Source: a virus
Taxonomy: Duplodnaviria > Caudoviricetes
DNA length: 64,000 nucleotides
Virus record (IMG/VR): IMGVR_UViG_2862481585_000002
Location: 25,894 to 89,893 of that record
Strand: one strand, 5' to 3'
Of this stretch, positions 29,622 through 38,365 are shown piece by piece (the first letter of the stretch is position 1; each line of letters starts with the position of its first letter). A program made the translations under genes and the position numbers. The notes beneath the pieces were generated by a model. The model made no database searches. It saw nothing but the letters and a program-made list of their open reading frames with translations, and had not been told where the DNA came from.

Positions 29622-30895
29622 AGTCGACCCTGTCGCACGAGCACAAGCTGCTCTGCAAGGTCATCCAGACCGGAGACATCTCCACGGTCCTCAACGCCAA
29701 GATCAAGCCTCGGCACATCACCAACGCCGAGATCCGGCGCGTGTTCGAGGACATGATCGCCTACAACGCCGAGTACGGCACGGCGCCCACCCTCGACGCG
29801 GTCCGAGCCGACCACCCGACCTTCGAGGTCGCCCAGGTCGACGAGCCGCTCGATTACCTCATCGACCGCATCCGCGACCGGCGCCGCACAGCACTGACCG
29901 AACGCGGCCTGAACGCCGCCGTCGAGGCGCTGGTCTCTCAGGGCGACACCGACCACGCACTGGACATCGTCCGAGCCCTCATCAGCAAGGTCGCCGAAGA
30001 CACCCCTGTCGGCAACGACTTCAACTGGGCCAGGACCGTTGACGACCGACTGGCCACCTACCGCTCCTACGCCGAGCGGGAGGAAGGTGAGCTGATCGGC
30101 CTTCCGACCGGCTTCCCCTCCCTGGACCGGCTCACCCTCGGCCTCCAGGCCGGCCAGATGGTCACCCTCACCGGTCTGGAGAAGTCCAACAAGACCACGA
30201 CACTCCTGGCGATCACCCGCGCCATGCACGCCGTCGGCGCCCGACCGCTGCTCTTCTCCTTCGAGATGTCCGCCATGGAGATCTCCGAGCGCCTGGATTC
30301 CTTCCTCGCCGGCATCAGCCAGCGCAAGCTCCGAGCCGGCGAACTCAACGAGCTGGAGTGGAAGCGCCTGGAGAAGGCCATGCGGAAGCTGGAGGGAATG
30401 GGCGACTACATCATCGCCGAGGATCCTTCCGCCCGGATGACCCTTGACAACGTCCAGGCCAAGATCGACGAGTACAAACCCGACGCGGTCATCATCGACG
30501 GCGCGTACTTCTTCGTCGACTCGATCTCCGGCGAGCAGCAGACCCCGCTGGCCATGACCAACATCAGCCGCGGCATCAAGCGCATGGCGGCCCGCAACGG
30601 TCTCCCCTTCGTCGTCACCACCCAGGCCCTGCGCAGCAAGCTCGGCTCCAACGGCCTGAACTCCGGCTCCATGGGCTACACCTCGGCGTTTGCCCAGGAC
30701 GCCACCCTTGCCCTCGGTGTCGAGCAGACCGACGATCCGATGTTCTACAAGCTCAAGGTCCTGGCCGGCCGCAACGTCCCCAAGGCGGAGTGGTTCGTGA
30801 AGCTCGACTGGGAGTCCGGCTCCCTGATCGAGCAGGACGGCGACCCCTTCGGCGAGGAGGTGGAGGACGATGTCCCGGCGTACGCGGGCTGGTAG
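29618..30895 (+). CDS. dnaB: DnaB-like replicative helicase
   Basis: GLPTGFPSLDRLTLG, variant Walker A GLEKSNKTT, FSFEMS, IIDGAY, VTTQ, QDA. Confidence 0.88.
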   Translation: MKSTLSHEHKLLCKVIQTGDISTVLNAKIKPRHITNAEIRRVFEDMIAYNAEYGTAPTLDAVRADHPTFEVAQVDEPLDYLIDRIRDRRRTALTERGLNAAVEALVSQGDTDHALDIVRALISKVAEDTPVGNDFNWARTVDDRLATYRSYAEREEGELIGLPTGFPSLDRLTLGLQAGQMVTLTGLEKSNKTTTLLAITRAMHAVGARPLLFSFEMSAMEISERLDSFLAGISQRKLRAGELNELEWKRLEKAMRKLEGMGDYIIAEDPSARMTLDNVQAKIDEYKPDAVIIDGAYFFVDSISGEQQTPLAMTNISRGIKRMAARNGLPFVVTTQALRSKLGSNGLNSGSMGYTSAFAQDATLALGVEQTDDPMFYKLKVLAGRNVPKAEWFVKLDWESGSLIEQDGDPFGEEVEDDVPAYAGW

Positions 30896-31847
30896 CGAGG
30901 ACCTCTTCGACGCCCCCATCCCCGGCGACGTCCTCTCGGCGCTGGGGAAGCTGGGCATCGAGATCGTGGGGGAAGACTCGGAGAACTGGCGCATCCCCTG
31001 CCCGGCACACCTGCGCCGGAAGGGAAGAGAAGACCGGAACCCTTCCTGCTACGTGCACAAGGACACCGGAGTCTTCCTCTGCTTCTCCTGTGACTTCCGA
31101 GGTCCCTTCGTCCGCCTCGCCGAGGAGATCCGCGGAGAGGGAGCAGAAGACGCATCACAGTGGGTGAGCGAGCAGGGCGTCATCGACCGTGCCGTGCGCC
31201 TCCTGGCAGGCGAGACCTACACCCGGAAGCGGGAGACGGAAGAGGTCACCGAGTCGCACCTGGCGCTCTTCACCGAGCCGCCGGCCAAGGTCCTCGCCTC
31301 CAAGGGCATCACGGCCGAAGCCGCCCGCCGCTTCGAGATCCTGTGGGACCCCAAGCGCAAGTACTGGATCTTCCCGGTCCGTGACGAGAACGGAAGGCTT
31401 CTGGGGTGGCAGGAGAAGGGGAAGGGTCACTTCCTGAACTACCCCGAGGGCATGCAGAAGGGCGACTCGCTCTTCGGCCTTCAGGCCCTCGACGGGGAGG
31501 AAGGCGTCCTCGTCGAGTCACCCATCGACACCGCCGTGCTGTGGACGGCCGGCATAGCCGGCGGGCTCGCCGCCTACGGTGCCATCCTCACCCCAAGGCA
31601 GTTCCGTATCCTCGGCGGCCGACTCAGCCGACTGGTCGACGCACACGACAACGACCACGACGGCAAGCGCGAGCGCAGGAAGGTCTTCGACCACTTCCAC
31701 GGCACCGGCCTGCTCGTGCGCTACTTCGACTACGGCGACCTGGCCGTGAAGGACCCCGGCGAGATGACGCCCGAGCAGAACCGGGCCGCGTACGAGGGCG
31801 CCTACCACCCGATGATGCGCCGTCTGTCGGCCTTCGGGAGGCGCTGA
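30870..31847 (+). CDS. DNA primase (CHC2 Zn finger + Toprim)
   Basis: CPAH..PS..F.CFSC; IFPVRD..G; VLVESPID; DNDHDG; KDPGE. Confidence 0.88.
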   Translation: MSRRTRAGSEDLFDAPIPGDVLSALGKLGIEIVGEDSENWRIPCPAHLRRKGREDRNPSCYVHKDTGVFLCFSCDFRGPFVRLAEEIRGEGAEDASQWVSEQGVIDRAVRLLAGETYTRKRETEEVTESHLALFTEPPAKVLASKGITAEAARRFEILWDPKRKYWIFPVRDENGRLLGWQEKGKGHFLNYPEGMQKGDSLFGLQALDGEEGVLVESPIDTAVLWTAGIAGGLAAYGAILTPRQFRILGGRLSRLVDAHDNDHDGKRERRKVFDHFHGTGLLVRYFDYGDLAVKDPGEMTPEQNRAAYEGAYHPMMRRLSAFGRR

Positions 31848-33484
31848 TGTTCACCGGAGTCCTTCACCCCTACCAGGCCGACGACGTCGACCGCATCGTC
31901 GAGCGCGGCTCCATGCTCGCCGCGTACGGGATGGGCACCGGCAAGACCGTCATGGCCATCGCCGCGGCCGAGATGCTTATGGACAGCGACAAGCACATCA
32001 CCTGCATGGTCGTCGTGCCGGCCGCGCTGAAGTGGCAGTGGGCCGAGCGCATCGCCCAGTTCACCGACGTCGACACCAAGCAGAGGAAGGTCGGCAAGGC
32101 CCACATCGTTGTGCCGGCCGACCACCACTGCACGGTCATCGACGGAACACCGGAACAGAAGAGGAAGCAGTTCGCCTTCATCCACGAACACCAGCCGGAC
32201 TACGTCGTCACCGCGTACGAGAACCTCGTGCACGACTGGACCGAGGTGCGAAAGATCAAGCCCGGCATCGTCGTCGCCGACGAGGCGTCCCTGATCAAGA
32301 CCTTCCAAGCCGAGCGCACCCGGAAGATCAAGCGGATCAAGTCCGATCACCGCATCGGCCTGACCGGAACGGTGATGGACAACGGCAACCCGGAGGAACT
32401 GTTCTCCATCTTCCAGTGGGTCGACCCGGAAGTTCTGGGGCCCTGGGAGTACTTCGACCCGGCCTTCATCGTCCGCAGCAAGGGGAAGGGGAGGGCCGGC
32501 TTCCCCGTCGCGTACAAGAACCTTCCCCTTCTGCATCAGAAGGTCGCCACCGCGATGGTCCGCAAGACGCGAGAAGACCCCGAGGTCGCGAAGTACATGC
32601 CGCGGGTCGAGCACAGCAGCCGGCTCGTCGACCTCGACCGGGACACCGCAAGGGTCTACCGCCGCATCGCCAAGGACACCCTGTTCGAGCTGTCCAAGGC
32701 GGCGGGCCACGGCTCCGGCAGCATCGACCTAGCCGCGCTCTACTCGGGCAAGGCCAAGCCGACCGAGGACACCGCCCAGGGGCGCGTGATGGGACGGCTC
32801 CTGGCCCTCCACATGCTGGTGAACCATCCGGGCCTGATCCGCGACAGCGCCAAGCGCTACCTGGCCGGCAAGGGAGGCAGCCGGTACTGCCTGTCGCTGG
32901 TGGAATCCGGGGCCCTCGACGGCCTGGACCACTCGCCCAAGCTGGAGGAACTCACCCGCCTTCTGCGGAAGGAATTGATGCTGGACCCGGAGCTGAAGAT
33001 CGTGGTCTTCTCGTTCTTCAAGGGCATGCTCAAGCTCGTCGCCGAGGCGATGCCCCAGTACCGATCGGTGTCCTTCACGGGAGACCACAGCGCGCTCAAG
33101 AAGGCGGAAGCCAAGGCGCTGTTCTCCTACGAGAAGGACGTACGACTCTTCCTGGCTTCAGGTGCCGGAGGGTACGGACTCGACCTGCCGGAAGCCCGCA
33201 TCCTCATCAACTACGACCAGAGGGACAGCGCGGGCGCCCAGGACCAGCAGGACACCCGGCACGTGCGCGCCTCCAGTCAGCACGACGTCGTCCAGGTGAT
33301 CGACTTCATGGCGGCCGGCACCGTCGAGGAGCGGCGCAGCCAGCGCCGGCAGTTCAAGACCAGAACCGCTGCCGCCATCTTGGACGGCCGCGGAGCCGAC
33401 GCCGACGGCAAGGTCGTCAACGACGTCGAGAGCCTCAGGGAGAACCTTGAACGCTCCCTGCGTCAGCTCTCGCCGGCTGCCTGA
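31847..33484 (+). CDS. SNF2-family helicase
   Basis: LHPYQ, MGTGKT, VVPAALK.QW, DEA, LTGT, K.VVFS.F, GGYGLDL. Confidence 0.9.
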   Translation: MFTGVLHPYQADDVDRIVERGSMLAAYGMGTGKTVMAIAAAEMLMDSDKHITCMVVVPAALKWQWAERIAQFTDVDTKQRKVGKAHIVVPADHHCTVIDGTPEQKRKQFAFIHEHQPDYVVTAYENLVHDWTEVRKIKPGIVVADEASLIKTFQAERTRKIKRIKSDHRIGLTGTVMDNGNPEELFSIFQWVDPEVLGPWEYFDPAFIVRSKGKGRAGFPVAYKNLPLLHQKVATAMVRKTREDPEVAKYMPRVEHSSRLVDLDRDTARVYRRIAKDTLFELSKAAGHGSGSIDLAALYSGKAKPTEDTAQGRVMGRLLALHMLVNHPGLIRDSAKRYLAGKGGSRYCLSLVESGALDGLDHSPKLEELTRLLRKELMLDPELKIVVFSFFKGMLKLVAEAMPQYRSVSFTGDHSALKKAEAKALFSYEKDVRLFLASGAGGYGLDLPEARILINYDQRDSAGAQDQQDTRHVRASSQHDVVQVIDFMAAGTVEERRSQRRQFKTRTAAAILDGRGADADGKVVNDVESLRENLERSLRQLSPAA

Positions 33485-33654
33485 GCATCCAGGGCAGCCT
33501 GAGCCCGCTGGTACCACCCGGCCGGCACCAGGACGGCCACTTGCTTCCCGTGCCTCGTGATGACCGTGATCTGGTCATCCTGCACCGCAGCGTCGATGTG
33601 GTCTCGCAGCTTGTCGCGCGCCTGCTGCACACCAACGGTCTCGATCCTCGCCAT
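33463..33654 (-). CDS. Phd/YefM-family antitoxin-like DNA-binding protein (no adjacent canonical toxin)
   Basis: VGVQQARDKL....D......VITRHGKQVAVLVP signature; TACGT-like -10 (TACGCT, minus strand 33661-33666) just upstream suggests leaderless mRNA. Confidence 0.85.
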   Translation of the reverse strand: MARIETVGVQQARDKLRDHIDAAVQDDQITVITRHGKQVAVLVPAGWYQRAQAALDAQAAGES

Positions 33655-33671
33655 GTCGGTAGCGTACCGGC

Positions 33672-33707
33672 CTGGCAGTTCTGTAAGGTCTGTAAGGGCT
33701 GACAGGT
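33672..33707. promoter_or_regulatory. Four 9-bp direct repeats in divergent promoter region
   Basis: CTGGCAGTT CTGTAAGGT CTGTAAGGG CTGACAGGT. Confidence 0.7.
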
Positions 33708-33797
33708 TCTTAGCCCTCGTGGACATTCGTACACCGACACGAAAAGACGGCCCTGGGCGCGCACCCAGAGCCGTCGGAAACAGGAGCCGTGACTCCC

Positions 33798-34661
33798 ATG
33801 AGAAACCCTATCCGCAAGCGGCGACCGAAGGCCCCCATCGACCACAACGCCCGCATCCCCGGTGAGCGCTTCACCGTCGCCTTCGTCATGACCGGCGCCG
33901 TCGCCGCCATCCTCCTCGCCTTCGCCTTCGACTTCGGCAACGTCTGGGCTCTCGCGGCCCGGCTCGGCGTGCCCGCCGAGGTCCAGCCACTCACCGCGCC
34001 AGCCGTCACCATCAGCTACCTCGCCCTCATGGTCGGCCAGCAGTACCTGGCCCTGCGCGGCTGGACGAACCGCGAGCTGCGCAAGCCCCGCCTGTGGCTG
34101 CTGCTCATCGGCGTCATGACTTACGCCCTCAACTGCGGCGATGCCTTCATGCGCGAGGCCTACGGAGAGGCGGCCTTCGATGCCGTCATGCCCACTCTGT
34201 TGCTGATGTGGGGCGAGCTGGCCCCGTGGCTGATGCGTCAGGTCCACACCGCTCGGGAGCGCGCCGCCGAGGTCGCCGAGCCGGCGATCGAGGGCGACCG
34301 AGTTGACGGCATCGAGCGCACCCTTGAGGAGCTGCTCGCAGAGTTCATGGCGCAGGACGTGGCTCAGGAGGCCCGCGCCAGCAAGCCGCGAGGCCGGCGG
34401 GAGTCCAGGCTGCGGCCGACCGCGCGAGAGTTCATCTGGAAGTGGCTGGACGACGGCAAGAGCTACGACGACCACCCGGCCGCTGCCTGGCATAAGGCGC
34501 TGGTGACTGAGATGGGGGAGGGTGAGGTGCCCACGGTCGAGCGCTGCCGGCAGATCATGCGGGAGGAGTTCCCGAAGATCAAGGAGAAGTGGGAGGCGGC
34601 GCAGAAGGCCAAGCTGGAGGCGGACGAGCGGATCGAGCAGATGGAGTCGCTGAACGCCTGA
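33798..34661 (+). CDS. DUF2637/SpdA-like membrane protein (about 4 TM plus cytoplasmic tail)
   Basis: LAFAFDFGNVWALA.RLGV...V.PL.APAV and ..P.LLL.W.E pattern typical of actinomycete mobile-element DUF2637 proteins; alternative GTG at 33789. Confidence 0.6.
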   Translation: MRNPIRKRRPKAPIDHNARIPGERFTVAFVMTGAVAAILLAFAFDFGNVWALAARLGVPAEVQPLTAPAVTISYLALMVGQQYLALRGWTNRELRKPRLWLLLIGVMTYALNCGDAFMREAYGEAAFDAVMPTLLLMWGELAPWLMRQVHTARERAAEVAEPAIEGDRVDGIERTLEELLAEFMAQDVAQEARASKPRGRRESRLRPTAREFIWKWLDDGKSYDDHPAAAWHKALVTEMGEGEVPTVERCRQIMREEFPKIKEKWEAAQKAKLEADERIEQMESLNA

Positions 34662-34669
34662 GTCACCAA

Positions 34670-34704
34670 AGAGCCCCGGTGGACGTACGTGCCACCGGGG
34701 CTCT
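34670..34704 (+). terminator. Intrinsic terminator
   Basis: AGAGCCCCGGTGG..CCACCGGGGCTCT. Confidence 0.75.
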
Positions 34705-34718
34705 CTGCTGCCCAACAA

Positions 34719-34766
34719 CTAGATCCACAACTTGTCCTTCAACTTGTTCCACAAGAGTGTTAGTCT
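34719..34766. promoter_or_regulatory. 12-bp tandem array C (x3) adjoining a TAGTCT -10 box
   Basis: CTAGATCCACAA CTTGTCCTTCAA CTTGTTCCACAA then GAGTGT-TAGTCT. Confidence 0.75.
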
Positions 34767-34771
34767 GTGAT

Positions 34772-34840
34772 CAGTCGCCAGGGCGAGCCTCCGAACTGCG
34801 GCGGTCCGCGTTACCGCGCAGTCAGCCGCCCTGGCGACTG
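34772..34840 (+). other. Structured 5' leader or small RNA hairpin
   Basis: 14-bp perfect stem CAGTCGCCAGGGCG/CGCCCTGGCGACTG with inner ACTGCG/CGCAGT stem, starting just after the -10 box. Confidence 0.55.
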
Positions 34841-34868
34841 TTCCCTACTCGTACTTGAGGAGACTGGC

Positions 34869-35366
34869 GTGGATTTCTCAGACGCCCCGGCAGAGTCGGT
34901 TCTGACCGCGAACACGCCGGAATCCGCATTCGAACGCAAGGCCGCCCAGTGGGCTCTGATCAGGCACCGCGTCGACACCCAGACCACGCTGCTCAACAAG
35001 CTCCGCGACGACATGACTGCGGACCTGCGAGAGGTCGGGATCCAGGACGAGAAGGGCAGCTACATCATCGAGCTGCCGCGCCCCCTTCGAGTCGGCGAGA
35101 AGCCCTTCAAGGGCATGAAGCTGGAGCGGTACACAACCCAGGGCCTGAACGAGGACGAAGCCGAGGACATCGCCCGCGTTCTCGACACCGAAGCTGCCGA
35201 CAACGGAGCCGACGCCGTCGTCTACGAGCGGCTCTTCCCCATGGTCCGCCAGTTCGACCCCCAGGAGGCCTACGTCCTCTACCAGGAGGGTCTCCTGACG
35301 GACGAGCACATGGAGCGGATCTTCCCGGAGAAGGAAGGCTTCCGGTTCAAGCGGGTGGACGCATGA
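34869..35366 (+). CDS. Hypothetical protein
   Basis: GAGGAG RBS, GTG start, coupled to next gene. Confidence 0.75.
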   Translation: MDFSDAPAESVLTANTPESAFERKAAQWALIRHRVDTQTTLLNKLRDDMTADLREVGIQDEKGSYIIELPRPLRVGEKPFKGMKLERYTTQGLNEDEAEDIARVLDTEAADNGADAVVYERLFPMVRQFDPQEAYVLYQEGLLTDEHMERIFPEKEGFRFKRVDA

Positions 35367-35854
35367 GGGACTGGGACAGCGAGTTCGCCACCATCGCCGG
35401 CCCTCCGCCGACGCAGTTCTACCCCGGCTCCACCCGCCGTATCTCCCGGCGGCCGGTACGCACCCAGAACGACGTCCAGGCCGCCCACCAGGACACCTAC
35501 GTCGACCACGACCGCTGGGACGCCAAGCCCCAGGTCAAACCCTTCGGTGGCGGATACCGCGAGTTCTTCGGCATCGGCGACCTCGCCAAGGCCCTGCACC
35601 GCGATGCCGTGACGATGCGCAAGTGGGAGGCGAACGGGGTCATCCCGAAGGCCACCTACGTCATCAGCGGCAAGACCGCCAACGGCAACCGCCGCCTCTA
35701 CACCCGCGAGCAGATCGAGGTCATCGTCCGCATCGCGCACGAGGAGGGTCTGTTCGACGGCGACCCCCGCGGCATCCGCATCACCGACACGAACTTCACT
35801 CAGCGGGTCAAGGACGCATTCGAGCAGCTCAGGCAGAAGGAGACGGCGGCGTGA
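35363..35854 (+). CDS. MerR-like HTH DNA-binding protein
   Basis: IGDLAKALHRDAVTMRKWEANGVIP..RRLYTREQI. Confidence 0.8.
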   Translation: MRDWDSEFATIAGPPPTQFYPGSTRRISRRPVRTQNDVQAAHQDTYVDHDRWDAKPQVKPFGGGYREFFGIGDLAKALHRDAVTMRKWEANGVIPKATYVISGKTANGNRRLYTREQIEVIVRIAHEEGLFDGDPRGIRITDTNFTQRVKDAFEQLRQKETAA

Positions 35855-36075
35855 AGCCTGTTCTGGAGTACACGAAGACGGTCACGGAACGCTTCAACCT
35901 CGGCTCCTACGAGCACATCGAGGTGACCGCCACGGTCAAGTCGACCGATCCGCGGGTCCTGGACGACGCCATCGACGAACTGCTCGCGCGAGAGAGACAG
36001 ATGGCGGCCGACCTCACCACCGAGGACAACTCCTTCGCGCACGTCCACCCCGCCATCACCGACGACGAGGACTGA
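35851..36075 (+). CDS. Small hypothetical protein
   Basis: GTGA coupling; FNLGSYEHIEV motif. Confidence 0.7.
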   Translation: MKPVLEYTKTVTERFNLGSYEHIEVTATVKSTDPRVLDDAIDELLARERQMAADLTTEDNSFAHVHPAITDDED

Positions 36076-36076
36076 T

Positions 36077-36934
36077 ATGGCCCGAGGCACCATCGACGAC
36101 ATCTTCGACGAGGAGGAGACGACCTCCCGCCGGCCGGGACGCAGCCGGCGAGGCGCGCTCGACGAGGACGACGCCCCGAAGACGCGACGCGGCCGAAAGG
36201 CTCAGGGCCGCGACGCCTTCGACGAGGACGACGACGAGACCCCCCGCAAGGGCAGGGAGCGCACCAACTCCGCCCGCAAGCAGGGTGCGGCATCCGGCTG
36301 GGACGCCTTCGACTCGGTCGCCGGCAGCGGCGGACAGGACTTCGAGGCCAAGAACGAGATGCGCCTGGAGATCACCAAGGATCCCCAGCTCATCCGGCTG
36401 CTGGAGCCCGAGCCGTTCGACAGCTACGAGTACCACTACGTCCGCGAGATCACCTCCGGCAAGCGCTCCTTCCGAGGACTCGCGCCGGCCGACGACTGCC
36501 CGCTCTGCGACGACCTCGACCACTACGGCCGCAAGGTCGCCACCTTCAACGTGGCCGTCTGGGACGAGGACGACGAGAAGTGGGCCCACAAGGTCTGGGA
36601 GGTCGGCATCCGTGCTGCCCGAACCCTCCAGGCCATCGCCAAGGACCCCAAGAAGGTCGGCAAGGACAACGTCGGCGACCTCACCTCCCCGCAGCTCTAC
36701 ATCGCCGTCCACAAGACCGGCAAGGGCACCAAGACCGAGTACCACGTCGAGGCAGTCAAGGCCCGCGACGTCGAGTCCGACTGGGACGCCGACGAGCTCA
36801 CCGACGAGGACTACGAGCGACTGTCCAAGTCCCTCTATTCCGACGCCTGGGAGCGCCACTGCACCCGCGCCGAGCTGGAGGCCGCCGTACAGAAGGTCCT
36901 CAACGGCGTGGACGACGACGAGGACGACGACTAG
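36077..36934 (+). CDS. Probable gp32-like single-stranded DNA-binding protein
   Basis: IRLLE..PF..Y.YHYV, DCPLC, K.GKG.KTEY, acidic C-tail DDDEDDD. Confidence 0.7.
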   Translation: MARGTIDDIFDEEETTSRRPGRSRRGALDEDDAPKTRRGRKAQGRDAFDEDDDETPRKGRERTNSARKQGAASGWDAFDSVAGSGGQDFEAKNEMRLEITKDPQLIRLLEPEPFDSYEYHYVREITSGKRSFRGLAPADDCPLCDDLDHYGRKVATFNVAVWDEDDEKWAHKVWEVGIRAARTLQAIAKDPKKVGKDNVGDLTSPQLYIAVHKTGKGTKTEYHVEAVKARDVESDWDADELTDEDYERLSKSLYSDAWERHCTRAELEAAVQKVLNGVDDDEDDD

Positions 36935-36945
36935 ACCACCCGACC

Positions 36946-36991
36946 GGCCGCTCCCCACCCGTACCCCCTCTCCTCCGGGTGGGGAGCGGCC
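36946..36991 (+). terminator. Hairpin/terminator after SSB
   Basis: GGCCGCTCCCCACCCG..CGGGTGGGGAGCGGCC. Confidence 0.7.
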
Positions 36992-37011
36992 ACCCCTCGC
37001 GAAGGAAACGC

Positions 37012-38346
37012 ATGCCGATCCTCGGCCTGTGCGCGGGATTCGGCGGCCTGGAAATCGCAGTAGAGGAACTCACGGGCGAGCCCGTCGCCTACGTGGCAGA
37101 AGTCGACCCCTACGCCGCCCAGATCCTCGCGCACCACCACCCAGAGATCCCCAACCTCGGGGACATCACCTGCATCGACTGGACCGAACTGCTCGGCCAG
37201 GTCGACATCGTCTGCGCGGGATTCCCGTGCCAGGACATCTCCAACGCCGGCCACAGGAAGGGAATCGATGGCGAGAAGTCGGGCATCTGGCGCAACGTCG
37301 CAGACGCCATTCGCGTACTTCGACCCCGCCTCGTCTTCCTGGAGAACGTCAGCGCCATCGCTCGACGAGGACTCGACCGAGTACTCGGGGACCTGGCCGC
37401 GATCGGGTACGACGCGCGGTGGATGTGCTTTCGAGCTTCCGAAGTTGGAGCAGCCCACCACCGAGACAGGTGGTTCTGCGTCGCCTTCCCTACTGCCGAC
37501 GCCCCTGGCGCGGGACTGGAAGGCGGGCACAGGCAGCCAGCACGGGAAGATGAGCCGGCCGCTGAGCGAGGTAGCGCTGCTTCTGCCGGCCGAGCCTCTG
37601 CCGGCGAAGATGCTGCCGACCCCGACCGCCTCGAACCCCAACGATGGGGAGTCCTACGCCTCGTGGGAGGCACGCCGGCAGCGGAACCTGGCCAAGAAGA
37701 TCAACGGGAACGGTCAGGGAATGCCCCTGGGGATGGCAGTGAAGCTCCTGCCGACACCGAGAGCCAGCGACGGGCCCAAGGGCGGACCGAACCAGCGCGA
37801 CAGCAGCGGAAACTACACCTCGTTGCCGGGGGCGGTGACGCACCTCCTGCCGACACCCTTGGCGGCGGATTGCCGATCGTCGGCGAGCTGGAGCGCGGAC
37901 GGGAGTCCGTACACGGGAACGCGAGCGAACCCGACACTGACGGACGCGGTGAGGCACCTACTGCCGACGCCCACGGCTCGCGACGGCATGGGCGGAGCGG
38001 GACGCGCCCCCAGCTCGACTGGGGGGATGAACCTGCGCACCGTCGTCACTCTCCTCCCGAGTGGTGGGGAGAGTACTGGCCGGCCATCCACCGATGGGAA
38101 TGCATCATCGGCGTCCCGGCCCCGTACCCGACCGAGATTGGGCCCAGAGGCGGACGCCGCCTGACCTCGGCCTTCGCCGAGTGGCTGATGGGCATCCCCG
38201 GCCGCGTGACGACCGTCCCGAAGCTCAGCCGCTCCCAGCAACTCCACAAGATCGGCAACGGCGTCGTACCTCTCCAGGCCTACTCCGCCTACCGCCTGAT
38301 CCTCATCGAGCTCCTGCTCACCGAACGACTCCAGATCGCAGCCTGA
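37012..38346 (+). CDS. DNA (cytosine-5)-methyltransferase
   Basis: Motif I LCAGFGG, IV GFPCQDIS, VI LENV, VIII HHRDRWF, IX RLT..EWLMG.P, X IGNGVVP. Confidence 0.93.
   Translation: MPILGLCAGFGGLEIAVEELTGEPVAYVAEVDPYAAQILAHHHPEIPNLGDITCIDWTELLGQVDIVCAGFPCQDISNAGHRKGIDGEKSGIWRNVADAIRVLRPRLVFLENVSAIARRGLDRVLGDLAAIGYDARWMCFRASEVGAAHHRDRWFCVAFPTADAPGAGLEGGHRQPAREDEPAAERGSAASAGRASAGEDAADPDRLEPQRWGVLRLVGGTPAAEPGQEDQRERSGNAPGDGSEAPADTESQRRAQGRTEPARQQRKLHLVAGGGDAPPADTLGGGLPIVGELERGRESVHGNASEPDTDGRGEAPTADAHGSRRHGRSGTRPQLDWGDEPAHRRHSPPEWWGEYWPAIHRWECIIGVPAPYPTEIGPRGGRRLTSAFAEWLMGIPGRVTTVPKLSRSQQLHKIGNGVVPLQAYSAYRLILIELLLTERLQIAA
37268..38164 (+). CDS. Nested +1-frame ORF inside the MTase with five (L/M)LPTP repeats
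   Basis: ATG preceded by AGGAAGGGA; 298 codons without stop; GC3-rich codons in this frame across the repeat region. Confidence 0.65.
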   Translation: MARSRASGATSQTPFAYFDPASSSWRTSAPSLDEDSTEYSGTWPRSGTTRGGCAFELPKLEQPTTETGGSASPSLLPTPLARDWKAGTGSQHGKMSRPLSEVALLLPAEPLPAKMLPTPTASNPNDGESYASWEARRQRNLAKKINGNGQGMPLGMAVKLLPTPRASDGPKGGPNQRDSSGNYTSLPGAVTHLLPTPLAADCRSSASWSADGSPYTGTRANPTLTDAVRHLLPTPTARDGMGGAGRAPSSTGGMNLRTVVTLLPSGGESTGRPSTDGNASSASRPRTRPRLGPEADAA

Positions 38347-38365
38347 TACGGAAGGACCACGAGAC

